64,000 nucleotides of DNA from Terriglobia bacterium (GCA_046331665.1 JAXLQK010000029.1:2784-66783), one strand, 5' to 3'; shown: positions 8,897 through 19,519, counted from the stretch's first letter. Program-made: numbers and translations. The notes: generated by a model not told the origin, from the letters alone.

Positions 8897-9235
8897 TGGT
8901 GTATGGTTACATTAATCCTTATGGCAATTGGAAGGCATCCTGACGATGCCTCTCCCATGAATTGTTGAGATGTAAATTTAAAACTTCCAAAGAGATTCCA
9001 GAACAATCGTGGGCCTGAAATCCTTACTCACAAACCGCGGAATATTACCATAATCAACGTGGTTTCGCCCAATTGATCAGAAACCGTTGAAACAACTGTT
9101 TCATGAACCCGGAGGCGTCGGCATGTTGGTTCACGTAAGTGTCTTCGGGTGAGGACTTCAGCCAAAGAGACGAGCGTAAGGCCTCTCGAACCTCCATAAG
9201 TTGGGAGTTCCAAGGCATAGCCAAATTTCTAAAGA

Positions 9236-11356
9236 TTAATCCTTGATGGTACAGAGAATGTCTTCGTAGGCGCACAGTAGCGCGCGTTTTGGCTTTCTAG
9301 GGAGGGGGATGCTAAACTCTGGAGTAGTCGTGTTCCCGAGGAGCGCGGTGGATCCCAATCTCACGAGTTTCCCGTCAAGGTCCAGATACATGGGGACTCG
9401 CATTCGAAAAGAACTGTCGACATTGCTTTGGGTGATCTTTCCGGTGAGCTTGATCTGCGACGGATTGCTGGTGTCGATAGTATATTCAAGCCTGTATTCG
9501 GGGATTTGATTGCCGTAGACCCATTCCCTGACGAACCAATCCATCTTGTGGTCGCCAGCCAAATCCATCTCCTTGGTCATGTGTTTTGAAACGGTTTGAA
9601 AGAAGTCTTCCGTCGATACATTTGAGTTATAGTAAGTTTTGACAAAGTCTTTCATCATCGTCATGAAACGGGCATCGCCAGATTGCGAGTCCCACATCAT
9701 CATCCGCAACATATGCAAAATGAAGGCCCCTTTCGGATAGATCAAGGAACGGGTGGCATTCTCGGTCAGCGCCGTGTCCAGGCGATAACCCATAATGACA
9801 CTGCCTATATCTGCCGGTCGCATTCCCGAAGCGTTTTTCTGGAGGATGAGTTGCCGTTCGTCCCGCCAAAATTTTAGGAAAGTGTCATCCTTATAAACGG
9901 CTTGCGCGAATAGCGAAGCCGAAAAGTCTGCAAATCCTTCACTCATCCATTGGTCACGGTACGATTTCCAGCCAATTAAATGTCCCCACCATTGATGAGC
10001 CACTTCATGGGCGGCCACTACTTTGAAGAAATTCTTAGGATCATCAAAACCTAGCTCGTGGCGATATGTATAATCGAGATAAGCGGTGAGTGGCATGTAG
10101 ACCAACATGGGCCATGCCTGACCAAAATTCATGAAGGGCTGTTGGGTCATTGCCAGTCGTCCATAGGGAAGCCCACCGAAGTAGTTCGTATAGATTCCCA
10201 TGGCTGCTTGGGCTTCGGCCCGAGATTGGTTCATCATTGCCGTCGTATTGAGAGATCCGAGCGTCGAAGAGGATTCAAGAGAGCCTACGGTTTGCGAACC
10301 GGTTACGGGGGAGGTTGTAGATTGAGTCGCGCCATGTTGTGCTGTCTTTAAGAAGTCGGGAAGATCTTTGTTAGCATAACTCTCGATCAAACAATTGATT
10401 TTCTCGTCTTGTACGGCAGTCTTCTTGAATTTGCCATAATTGAAACCCGCAACGGCTAAGGGAATATCGCTCTTCCAGTGAGTGACCAGTCGGTCTTTCT
10501 CTTTGGATTCTGGTCCTGGAATCCCTGTTGCTACCAGGAGAAGGTCTTTGGGCGTATTGAGTGTCAGGTCGTAGGTCGCACGATCGGTAAAGGCAGAATT
10601 GGGGTACCAATCGGTTCGGGCCACCAGTGTGTAATTACCTCCACCACTATCGCGTACAGCGTCGTCTCCCGCGTAGGAGAATTGAAGAGTGTATTCTTGA
10701 CCTTCCTTCAACTCCTCAGGCAAAAGGATATAAAAATCGGCATCTTCATCCTTGTCTTCTTGAATAAACCCCAGACTCTTGCCGGCTTCGTCTGTAACGT
10801 TTTTCATCCGCAATGCTGGATAAAGATCTAAATCAAGAACGCGAGCACCGGATACCTTGGCCTTGAATCGGGTTCTGACCGTGGCTTCAAGACTTTTGCC
10901 CTTGGGAGTTGCATTGATTTCGTGATGGAGGAAATCAATGAGCTCATGGCTTTCGGCCATAGGGATGCCATTTTGGTAGTGACTGCTCAAGTGCGAGGCA
11001 GCCCAGATTCCAAGCGCCCTCTCCGAAAAATTGACCAGGACCACTTCTTCCGGTGTTACAAAGGGGGCTCCCAGGGGATCAATCCCATAGAGCGTCTCGC
11101 CATATTTCTTCCCGTCGAAATACGCCATGAAGATTCCCGATTGTCCCAGCCAAGTGAGGTCTTGCAAGATCCGGGCGTCCAAATTGTAGCGTTGGAACGC
11201 CAATGCGATATTGGAATGAAGGTGCGTTTTCCCCTTGCGAAGAAATTTGCGATGGTCATGCAACAAATCAGCCGCAGCGGAATTTATGGGACCTGTCTTG
11301 GGTTTTCGCTCTCTAGTTATTTCTTCATAAGTGGAATCCGTAAAGCGGAGAACCAT
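9236..11356 (-). CDS. M1-family zinc metallopeptidase (aminopeptidase N-like)
   Basis: 'HEVAHQWWGH' followed by 'WMSEGFADF' gives the M1 HEXXH-(X18)-E zinc site. Confidence 0.8.
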   Translation of the reverse strand: MVLRFTDSTYEEITRERKPKTGPINSAAADLLHDHRKFLRKGKTHLHSNIALAFQRYNLDARILQDLTWLGQSGIFMAYFDGKKYGETLYGIDPLGAPFVTPEEVVLVNFSERALGIWAASHLSSHYQNGIPMAESHELIDFLHHEINATPKGKSLEATVRTRFKAKVSGARVLDLDLYPALRMKNVTDEAGKSLGFIQEDKDEDADFYILLPEELKEGQEYTLQFSYAGDDAVRDSGGGNYTLVARTDWYPNSAFTDRATYDLTLNTPKDLLLVATGIPGPESKEKDRLVTHWKSDIPLAVAGFNYGKFKKTAVQDEKINCLIESYANKDLPDFLKTAQHGATQSTTSPVTGSQTVGSLESSSTLGSLNTTAMMNQSRAEAQAAMGIYTNYFGGLPYGRLAMTQQPFMNFGQAWPMLVYMPLTAYLDYTYRHELGFDDPKNFFKVVAAHEVAHQWWGHLIGWKSYRDQWMSEGFADFSASLFAQAVYKDDTFLKFWRDERQLILQKNASGMRPADIGSVIMGYRLDTALTENATRSLIYPKGAFILHMLRMMMWDSQSGDARFMTMMKDFVKTYYNSNVSTEDFFQTVSKHMTKEMDLAGDHKMDWFVREWVYGNQIPEYRLEYTIDTSNPSQIKLTGKITQSNVDSSFRMRVPMYLDLDGKLVRLGSTALLGNTTTPEFSIPLPRKPKRALLCAYEDILCTIKD

Positions 11357-11763
11357 TTTAGAAAGGTCTCTTCCATCGAACCGGAACCCGTAAGGATACT
11401 CAGCTGGTGTCGTTCTACATCGATGGGGGGAGAATACTTAAATTCTCCCTGGCCAATGAAGACAGCCCCGGTTATTTTTCCAGCAACTGGCGTTAGGAAA
11501 AAGAACTGACCTGAAATGAAGGTGATCGTTGCACGGTCCCGGGAGAGAGTAAATTGTTCAATGCCTACAGACTCCCCGCTCAAGAGAGCGGTGCGGAGTT
11601 GGACATAGGTGGGGTCTGAATTAGCAAAGGGGTTCTTGTCGGCAGCGCGCAAAATGAATCCAGAAGGGGAGTGCTCCGGAAAAGGAAAGCAGGTCAGGAG
11701 GAGAATCAGGCCCGTGAAGGTCATGGGTCTACTCCAAATATAAGATCTGCGGCCAGGTTTCAT
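11317..11763 (-). CDS. Signal-peptide-bearing N-terminal segment, probably part of the same M1 peptidase gene (frame change in the 11317-11356 overlap)
   Basis: N-terminal hydrophobic signal 'LILLLTCFPF'. The ORF overlaps the peptidase start by 40 nt in another frame. Confidence 0.4.
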   Translation of the reverse strand: MKPGRRSYIWSRPMTFTGLILLLTCFPFPEHSPSGFILRAADKNPFANSDPTYVQLRTALLSGESVGIEQFTLSRDRATITFISGQFFFLTPVAGKITGAVFIGQGEFKYSPPIDVERHQLSILTGSGSMEETFLKWFSALRIPLMKK

Positions 11764-11830
11764 CGCAGCCCTCCGGAGCTATTTCAAGGGATCCATTGAT
11801 TGCGCCCAGTATAGCACAGAACGGTGGTCC

Positions 11831-12823
11831 TTAGCAGGTCACCGGAGCCTCTTCGCGGATGAGTTTTTCCGCTTTCAATTCGGCCCAGAAGACTTCTGGA
11901 ATCACTTCCTCGAACAGGTGGAAATTTTCATAAACTCGTTCCGGGATCCGAGTCCCGGGGATAATGCAGGTGACGGCCGGATGGGCGAGCGCAAACTGGG
12001 TGGCTGCTGCTTTCAGAGACACCTGATGCCGTGCTGCCACGGTTCGGATTTTTCGGGCTCGTTCAAGAATTGCCGGTGTGGCATCTTGATAGTTGTATTT
12101 GGTCCCAGGACTCAAGTCGCTTGCCAATATGCCGCTATTGTAGTGGCCGCCGAGCATGATCCCGATATTCCTGCGCTGGCATTCAGGAAACAATTCGTCC
12201 AGAGCGTCTTGTTCGAGCAGACTATAACGGCCCGCCAGGAGTAAGCAGTCCACATCAGTTTCACGGGCAAAGCGCACCAGCATCTTGCACTGATTCATGC
12301 CGGCGCTGACCCCGCGGATGACTCCTTGTCGACGCAATGCCTCCAAAGCCGGGTAGGCACCGCGCAGAACCTCATCCCAATGGTCGTCTGGATCGTGGAT
12401 GTGCAAGATGTCGATGCGGCTGAGATGGAGCCTCTTGAGGCTTTCCTCAAACGATCGCATCACCCCGTCATAGGTAAATAGAAATTTAGGTCGAACGGGC
12501 GGCGGATTTTTCCAATAGACATCCTGACTATGATCGCCTTCTGCCTCCGGAACGAGCAATCGCCCCACCTTGGTCGACAAAACATACTGATCGCGCGGTA
12601 ATTCGGCGAGAGCCTTTCCCAGTCTGCGTTCGCTTTTGCCATACCCATACAGGGGGGCGGTATCAAACAAATTAAGTCCCAACTGAAAGGCTTGATGGAC
12701 GACAGCCGAGGCTTGTTCATCGCTGATGTCGCCGTACAAATCTCCGAGAGAAGCACATCCGAGCCCGAGCCGGGTGACCTGGATCCCGGACTTGCCGAGA
12801 GGTTTTAGATCGAGAGCTTTCAT
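11831..12823 (-). CDS. Aldo/keto reductase
   Basis: 'MKALDLKPLGKSGIQVTRLGLGC...FDTAPLYGYGKSE' is a typical AKR N-terminus. Start taken at the internal Met (ORF extends to 12910). Confidence 0.85.
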   Translation of the reverse strand: MKALDLKPLGKSGIQVTRLGLGCASLGDLYGDISDEQASAVVHQAFQLGLNLFDTAPLYGYGKSERRLGKALAELPRDQYVLSTKVGRLLVPEAEGDHSQDVYWKNPPPVRPKFLFTYDGVMRSFEESLKRLHLSRIDILHIHDPDDHWDEVLRGAYPALEALRRQGVIRGVSAGMNQCKMLVRFARETDVDCLLLAGRYSLLEQDALDELFPECQRRNIGIMLGGHYNSGILASDLSPGTKYNYQDATPAILERARKIRTVAARHQVSLKAAATQFALAHPAVTCIIPGTRIPERVYENFHLFEEVIPEVFWAELKAEKLIREEAPVTC

Positions 12824-12959
12824 CGAATAGTTCCTTGAAGCAAACTGGCTACATCGGTCTGCACCGGTTTCAAAGGGCGGCGAGGAGGTTTGAAGCGAGA
12901 TAGCCAGCACGCATCTTCAAACCGGGAAGCGACTGGAATCCAAGTTTGTTTTGAGTCCC

Positions 12960-13625
12960 CTAGAAACGCCCATACTGCCGAAAGGCATCTACTGGATGGA
13001 CACCCTCAAGAATTGATTTCCGCAAGAGATTCTCGGTACGAACAACTTCCTCAGCTTTTGTAATGACTTCTTCCGCGATGGCTTGGGGGATGATGAGAAC
13101 ACCATCTCGATCACCTACGACAAAGTCCCCGGCCTCAATCTGAACGGTGCCAATCTGGATTGGAACATTGTAGTCCACCAGCCTCCATCGCCCCACAATG
13201 TCCAATGGCGTCGTATAGCGCGCAAAAACAGGGAAACCAAGTTTGAGAATATAGTCAGTATCTCTCACACCCCCATCGATAACGGCTCCCTTCGCTCCTC
13301 TAAATTTGGCGGTTTCGCAGGAGAGTTCACCGATATGGGCGCAGGTTTGGTCATTGGGTTGGCTGACGATGACATCTCCAGGACGAACGTCTCCCAACAT
13401 CTTAAGGAAGGGGATGAAGATAATCTCGGGATCGACACTGGCAACAGCCTCACCACGAACGGTCAGGGCGCGACCGACCAAATTTTGCCCCTTCTGGATG
13501 GATTGGATGGTGTGTGGCAGAACCTGGTTTGTAAATCCCATTTCATCCATGATGTCGCTAATCGCGCCCGTATATGGGATGAACTCGAGTCGATTGACCA
13601 AACGAAGGTTCTGTTCTTCATTCAT
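12960..13625 (-). CDS. RraA-like / class II pyruvate aldolase family protein (HMG/CHA aldolase-like)
   Basis: 'GDVIVSQPNDQTCAHIGELSCETAKFRGAKGAVIDGGVRD' is the RraA-family core. Start taken at the internal Met 'MNEEQ'. Confidence 0.7.
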   Translation of the reverse strand: MNEEQNLRLVNRLEFIPYTGAISDIMDEMGFTNQVLPHTIQSIQKGQNLVGRALTVRGEAVASVDPEIIFIPFLKMLGDVRPGDVIVSQPNDQTCAHIGELSCETAKFRGAKGAVIDGGVRDTDYILKLGFPVFARYTTPLDIVGRWRLVDYNVPIQIGTVQIEAGDFVVGDRDGVLIIPQAIAEEVITKAEEVVRTENLLRKSILEGVHPVDAFRQYGRF

Positions 13626-13872
13626 AGGATTGTATCTCCTTAATGGTTCTCTTCCATGATGAATCAAATCCTGAGGTACGATGGTGAGCACTTGGAAATC
13701 AAGCAAGGGGAGGGAGGTCGCGATTCCGCTGTCGGTTCGAATTCCACATTGACAAAGTCTCATTTTATTAAGACAAATAGCATTCGCAAATGAAAATCGG
13801 GTGGAAGTCAGGATCTCTTGAACGCATGGCCGTTGAATTTGAAATTCCAGTATTTAAAGTCTTTTATCGGGA

Positions 13873-15039
13873 TTGTATGAAGAGGAGCATCTTGTGACGA
13901 TCAGTCTGCGCGGGCTCACCTGGAATCACACCCGCGGCTACTTGCCAATGATTGCTACAGGGCAGCGATTTTCCGAGTTGCATCCTGAGGTCGAAATCGT
14001 GTGGGAAAAGTGTCCCCAGGAAGAGCTGGCGGCGTTGGCCCGCGATTTGAGTGACCAGAAGCTGGATTTTCTGAATATGGATGCCATCGGGATTGGCGAG
14101 GCCGCTCAGGCGGGACTACTGGTTCCGTTGGATGCGCATTTGCCCAGGGAATTTATGGACGATCAAGCCAGACATTCCGTGGGAGGATCTCACGAGAGTT
14201 TTCAGTGGGGAGGGCATCAATGGGCATTGGCGATTGATACATCCGCGGTGGTAAGCGCTCGACGGAGTGTGTTGCTTGAGCAATGTGGACTGGCTGTGCC
14301 GAATACCTGGGACGAGTTGATAGCCTTGGCCAGGCGCGGCTGGGTCGCAGTCCCCGGATCTCCTCACGCCTGCCTGTTGAATTTTTACTTGCTTTGCGCT
14401 TCGCTGGGTGAGGAGCCTTTTCAGCAAGCAGGAACTCTGGTTAGCGATTCAATTGGGGGCGATGCCCTGAATCGGTTACGCGAACTGATGTCTCATTGCC
14501 CGGAGGTCTGTTATTCCTGGGGATCGGCTGCCACGCTTGAAGCGATGGCTTGCCATGACAACATAGGTTATTGCCCGTTTGTGCAGGGATACGTGAATTA
14601 TGCGCGAAGCGGCTATGCGAGTTATCGACTCCATTTTGGCGAACTTGTGAGTTTGGATGGGGAACGTCCCCTTCGTAGCGTGCTGGAAGCAAAAGGGTTG
14701 TCGATTACTTCTCGCTGCCTGCACCTCAAGGAAGCCTGTGAGTATGCTCAGTTTGTGGCCAGCCCCTCCAGCCAGCGGGGCTTTTATTTTGAGAGCGGTG
14801 GGCAACCTGCTCACCGTAAGGCATGGCTGGAAAAGACGAACAATATGATCAGTCTCGACTTTTTCCAAAAGACACTCCCGGTCATAGAGCGGGCTTTTGT
14901 GCCTCCGCGTTTTGGCGGGTACCATGATTTTCGGAGACAAGCCGGACTGATGATTCAGGAGTACTTGGGCAATGGCGGGGATCCAACCCCTGTTCTTGAC
15001 CGGCTGAAAGACTTGCATAAACAGTTTCAGGCAACTTAA
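13873..15039 (+). CDS. Solute-binding-protein-like protein (SBP_bac_1-like) without an obvious signal peptide
   Basis: Overall pattern resembles periplasmic sugar-binding proteins, but there is no N-terminal hydrophobic segment. Confidence 0.4.
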   Translation: MYEEEHLVTISLRGLTWNHTRGYLPMIATGQRFSELHPEVEIVWEKCPQEELAALARDLSDQKLDFLNMDAIGIGEAAQAGLLVPLDAHLPREFMDDQARHSVGGSHESFQWGGHQWALAIDTSAVVSARRSVLLEQCGLAVPNTWDELIALARRGWVAVPGSPHACLLNFYLLCASLGEEPFQQAGTLVSDSIGGDALNRLRELMSHCPEVCYSWGSAATLEAMACHDNIGYCPFVQGYVNYARSGYASYRLHFGELVSLDGERPLRSVLEAKGLSITSRCLHLKEACEYAQFVASPSSQRGFYFESGGQPAHRKAWLEKTNNMISLDFFQKTLPVIERAFVPPRFGGYHDFRRQAGLMIQEYLGNGGDPTPVLDRLKDLHKQFQAT

Positions 15040-15190
15040 ATCGTTGAAGAAACCATTTTGTTGAATTGTTGAAGGTCTCATTTAGCCTGCATCAATCTAA
15101 GTCTGAATAGAACACTTTGCTGGGACCTGTTTTTCACCGAGGGGGTTCTCATGAAAGTTATCCCCGGCTTGAAGAGACTCTGGAGGACTC

Positions 15191-18100
15191 ATGTCCCGTA
15201 AACCTGGCTTCTGGATAGCGCTGTCGCTGATTTCGATTTCGGGAGTTCTCTTTACCTTTAAGTATTTCTCTGAGGCATTCCCGATTGTGACGCTCGACCT
15301 GAGAATGGACCGGCATGGCGCTCTTCAACTGGCCAGAACTTTGGCGGCAAAATTCCAATGGGGTCCCAAGGACTTTTCCCAGGCTGCCTCCTTCGATCTG
15401 GACAGTGAGGTGCAGAATTATGTGGAACTGGAAGTTGGAGGGAGCCACGCCTTTAAGGAACTACTTCGGGGAGGGTTATACTCTCCCTATCTGTGGCGGG
15501 TGCGCCACTTCAAGGAAGGCAATCCCAATGAGTCTGTCATACGATTTACCCCGGAGGGCAGCCCCTACGGTTTTCGCGAGAAGCTCCCGGAAGACGCCCC
15601 AGGCGCCAGCCTGGACACTAACCAAGCCCGGGGAATTGCGGAAAAGGCGGCCACCGAGCAATGGCAGATTCTACTCAACCAATTTGTGGCAGTGGAAACG
15701 TCCCAGGAAGAGCGGCCCGGCGGCCGTCGCGATCATACCTTTGTCTATGAGCGCCCGGACAAGAAAATTGGGGAGGGGCTTTATCGACTGAGACTGGTCG
15801 TGGGCGGAGACCGGCTCATTGAGCTGACCCACTTCATCAAAGTTCCAGAAGCCTTCGAGCGCCGCTACGAGGAGATGCGGTCTGCGAATGAGACGTTGGC
15901 TTCGGTTGCCCAGTATGTCGTTCTCGTTCTATATCTGGGTGGAGGCTGCATCATAGGCTTTTTCTTCCTGCTCCGCCATCATTGGCTCATTTGGAAAAAA
16001 CCGCTGGCTTGGGCTGTGTTCATTGCTTTCTTGAACTTCCTGGGCAGCCTGAGCGCCCTGCCTTTGAGCTGGATGTCCTATAACACCGCCCTCTCTGCTC
16101 GTGCCTATTTGATTCAGCAAATTCTATTTGAGATTGGCGGCTTTGCGCTGTGGACACTGGTCCTCGCTCTTTCCTTCATGGCAGCGGAGGGGCTGACCCG
16201 GAGAGCCTTCCCGCACATGATCCAGCTTTGGAAGCTGTGGTCGCCAGAAACAGGAAGCACCTATGCAGTCCTGGGTAGAACCATCGGCGGCTATCTCATC
16301 ATGGGTTTTGACTTCGCGTTTGTGGTTGCCATTTACTTTGTCACAACCCGACATTTTGGCTGGTGGACGCCGTCGGATTCTCTTTTTGAGCCAAACTTGC
16401 TTGCTACTTATTTCCCGTGGCTTTCGGGCGTTGCCCAATCACTTCAAGCGGGATTTTGGGAAGAATGCCTGTTTCGGGCCGTGCCGCTGGCCGGGGCCGC
16501 AATTCTCGGACAGAAGTTTGGTAAGAGAAGACTCTTTATCGGGATCGCCTTCCTGCTTCAGGCGGTGATTTTTGGTGCAGGTCACGCCAACTATCCCAGC
16601 CAACCGGCTTATGCGCGCCTCGTCGAGTTGATTATTCCTTCCTTCGTATTCGGCGGGATCTATCTGACTTATGGTTTGCTGCCGTCCATTATTTCGCATT
16701 TCACTTTTGACGTCGTATGGTTTTCCCTCCCGCTCTTTATTTCCACGGCCAAGGGAATCTGGCTGGATCGGGCTATGGTGGTCCTGTTGACGCTGACACC
16801 ACTATGGATTGTATTGCGTGTGCGACTCAGGAAAGGATCGTGGGGGGCGGTTCCCAAAGAGGCTTATAACGCATTCTGGAAACCCCTTGAACCCCCCCCC
16901 TTTACTGCAGAACCTGCAATTGTTGAAACATCTAATCTTCGACCCTTCATCCCCCTGCGTTGGGTCATCGCGGGAGGACTGGGCGGATTAATCTTGTGGC
17001 TCCTGGGGACAAACTTCAAACAGGATGGGCCCGCTCTCTCTGTAGGGCGGCGAGCCGTTGTGGAGATCGCACGGCAGGCTCTCGAGAAGCGCGGTGTAAC
17101 TTTGAATGCAGAATGGAAGGCCTACCCTTTAATTCGTGGTCAGATTGATTCCCAGGATCGATTCATCTGGCAGACGGGGGGGCGGAAGATTTACCACCAA
17201 TTGGTGGATCCCTACCTGCCGCCTCCTGGATGGGAAGTTCGGTTTGCACGTTTCAACGGAGACGTCGTCCAGCGTGCCGAGGAATACAACGTTGAAATCG
17301 GGGCTTCTGGAATCGTCACCCGTCTCCACCATACGCTACCGGAATCAGCTCCAGGGGCAAGCCTGTCCGAAGGGGAGGCGAGAGTCTTGGCGCAGGAGGC
17401 ATTGAAGTCCCAGTTTCAAATGATGCCTGAGACGCTCAAAGAGATTTCGGCCGAGTCGGCCAAACTTCCTTCCAGACAGGATTGGACTTTTACCTTTTCT
17501 GATCCCAATCACTTTCCTCTAAAGGAAGGACAGGCGAGAACTGTCATTCTTGTGGCAGGCAAGGAAATCGCTGACTTCTATGGCTATATTTTTGTGCCTG
17601 AGGAGTGGGAAAGAAAGGAAACGAGCCGGGCAAATATCCTGGATCTCATTGTGATTTGCTGTTGGGCAATTCTTCTGGTGGGGCTCCTGGTTGCTGGAAT
17701 CATGGGCATCGTTCATTGGAGCCGCAGGCGCTTTCCAGTGGGTACGTTCGTTTCCTTCTTCGTCATTTTGGCCTTGGCTCAAATCCTTGGACGGCTGAAC
17801 CACTGGCCTGCCACCCTTGCTAACCTCTCAACCGCCGAGCCTGTCAGCCACCAGTTATTCAAGAGTATTGCCGGAAGTCTCGTGAGCATTCTTCTGCAAT
17901 CTGCGTTTATGGCCCTGGTACTGGGATTCATCCAAACCCGACTTGCGGCGTGCCCGGTTTATGATGTCAGAAATCTCTGGAAGCGCGGGGTCTGCCTGGC
18001 GCTCGCGGTTACCGGATTGATCGCCATACTCAACCGTTTCATCGAACCTTCCCTCGCTCCTCGTTTCGCGAGTTACAGTCAATGGAGCACCTATGTTCCG

Positions 18101-18541
18101 ATAGTGGACGGTGCTTTGGCGGCTGTTCATCTGGTCATCAACAGCCTCGCCATGATTCTCTTTTACTTTGTGACCGCAGATCGGCTGACGAGCTGTGGCA
18201 TTCGCAGGAAGCTGTTGGGATTCGTCATCTTCCTGGTTTTGGGGTTGTCGCTTGCGGGCTTACAGGATCTCGAGACCGTTTCCTATTGGGCTATGGCGGG
18301 GATCTTTATGGGGTTGTGTTTGTGGGGCGGTTATCTTCTCGTTGCTCGTTTTGGGCTGATTTGCCTGGTTTACTCTGTCGGGACAATCTTTGCTCTCTCG
18401 ACCGTGATCCAGATGGCTTACCATGCATTTCCCCATGCCATCCCGGCAGGCATCATTCAAATCATCACGATTGCTTTATTGTGCTCCTGGAGTGCCAAGA
18501 AGCTGGGGAGAGGAATGAATGTTTCGCGAATTTCCTCTTAA
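15191..18541 (+). CDS. Large polytopic membrane protein, CPBP/CAAX-protease (Abi) family, internally duplicated (two modules of ~560 aa)
   Basis: Module 1 carries 'FWEECLFRAV' (EExxxR) and 'FGAGHANY' (FxxxH) CPBP motifs. The two modules share 'LPEDAPGASLDTNQARGIAEKAA' / 'LPESAPGASLSEGEARVLAQEAL'. Confidence 0.6.
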   Translation: MSRKPGFWIALSLISISGVLFTFKYFSEAFPIVTLDLRMDRHGALQLARTLAAKFQWGPKDFSQAASFDLDSEVQNYVELEVGGSHAFKELLRGGLYSPYLWRVRHFKEGNPNESVIRFTPEGSPYGFREKLPEDAPGASLDTNQARGIAEKAATEQWQILLNQFVAVETSQEERPGGRRDHTFVYERPDKKIGEGLYRLRLVVGGDRLIELTHFIKVPEAFERRYEEMRSANETLASVAQYVVLVLYLGGGCIIGFFFLLRHHWLIWKKPLAWAVFIAFLNFLGSLSALPLSWMSYNTALSARAYLIQQILFEIGGFALWTLVLALSFMAAEGLTRRAFPHMIQLWKLWSPETGSTYAVLGRTIGGYLIMGFDFAFVVAIYFVTTRHFGWWTPSDSLFEPNLLATYFPWLSGVAQSLQAGFWEECLFRAVPLAGAAILGQKFGKRRLFIGIAFLLQAVIFGAGHANYPSQPAYARLVELIIPSFVFGGIYLTYGLLPSIISHFTFDVVWFSLPLFISTAKGIWLDRAMVVLLTLTPLWIVLRVRLRKGSWGAVPKEAYNAFWKPLEPPPFTAEPAIVETSNLRPFIPLRWVIAGGLGGLILWLLGTNFKQDGPALSVGRRAVVEIARQALEKRGVTLNAEWKAYPLIRGQIDSQDRFIWQTGGRKIYHQLVDPYLPPPGWEVRFARFNGDVVQRAEEYNVEIGASGIVTRLHHTLPESAPGASLSEGEARVLAQEALKSQFQMMPETLKEISAESAKLPSRQDWTFTFSDPNHFPLKEGQARTVILVAGKEIADFYGYIFVPEEWERKETSRANILDLIVICCWAILLVGLLVAGIMGIVHWSRRRFPVGTFVSFFVILALAQILGRLNHWPATLANLSTAEPVSHQLFKSIAGSLVSILLQSAFMALVLGFIQTRLAACPVYDVRNLWKRGVCLALAVTGLIAILNRFIEPSLAPRFASYSQWSTYVPIVDGALAAVHLVINSLAMILFYFVTADRLTSCGIRRKLLGFVIFLVLGLSLAGLQDLETVSYWAMAGIFMGLCLWGGYLLVARFGLICLVYSVGTIFALSTVIQMAYHAFPHAIPAGIIQIITIALLCSWSAKKLGRGMNVSRISS

Positions 18542-18940
18542 CTACAAAATGAAATCGAAACTCATCCCCCCTATCCGGAAATTAGTAGCCTGGCGCGATT
18601 CAAATTCACCTCTATCCCCTTCAAGAACCGGTACTCCCGAGTTATCCTGGCTTTGACAAGGATTCATTCGGTCCCATTTCGGGAAGCGGCGAATTCAAAA
18701 AAGGAAATTGCTCGTCATTTGGTGTGAGTGCACAAGATTTACTGGTGCTCCAGGATTCCAGTCACCCCTTACCATTATCTTGTTTCTCTTCGCTGAAAAA
18801 GATGTGGTACGTGACCGCATCCCAGGCATTGTGGATTCCAGCAGATTGGTAAGGGCAACCCGGAATTCCCCCAAGGCCATTCTGTCCTGATCCAATGGAA
18901 GGTTAGGAAACCTTAAAGTTGCTTTGCAGAAACTGAATTT

Positions 18941-19519
18941 TTACCTTCGTCCCGCAGCCTCGATGCTCTGAGTAGGATCTGCTCCCTCCCAGGAAACATC
19001 GGCAGTAGGTCCATAGGTGGAGGGGACTTCTTTTCCTAAGAGCCGCAAGTAGACTGTTAGCTGGGTGCGATGATGAGCGGTGTGTAAAATACGTCGCCAA
19101 AAGATCCAGATCTTTTCCCGTTCGACATCAAAAAAACGGACTCTTCCAAGCCACCATGCTTCATCGCGCTCCGCCAGGAATCTTAGGCGGGGCAGGGCTA
19201 AATCCACGAGTCGATGCGCGTATTCATCGAGAAGTTCCTGCTCAGGCAAGATTTGAGCGGGGTTTGGCTCTCTTGTTCCCAGGAATTCTCCAAAGAATCG
19301 GCGCTCTGAAAGGAGCTGATGTTTCATGATCTCCAGGACTGTGCTGGATCGTGCGTGCGGCTTGAAAGCCAGGTCGGTTGAAACGAATGTCCTCCACACG
19401 GAAGCGACTTTATTGGTTTCGCTCACGTATATATCCAGGAGATGCTGGAATTGCGGCGAATGGGCTTTGGGAACCTCGACGTCAGGGATCGAGATGGAAG
19501 GGTAATGCATGGGCATCAA
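18941..19519 (-). CDS. DinB/YfiT-like (DinB_2) family protein
   Basis: 'LHTAHHRTQLTVYLRLLG' resembles the DinB-family HHRGQ helix. Confidence 0.5.
   Translation of the reverse strand: MMPMHYPSISIPDVEVPKAHSPQFQHLLDIYVSETNKVASVWRTFVSTDLAFKPHARSSTVLEIMKHQLLSERRFFGEFLGTREPNPAQILPEQELLDEYAHRLVDLALPRLRFLAERDEAWWLGRVRFFDVEREKIWIFWRRILHTAHHRTQLTVYLRLLGKEVPSTYGPTADVSWEGADPTQSIEAAGRR

Noticed and set aside
14476-15081. 201-aa minus-strand ORF overlapping the SBP-like gene's 3' half
   Set aside because: Antisense shadow. No start context or motifs.
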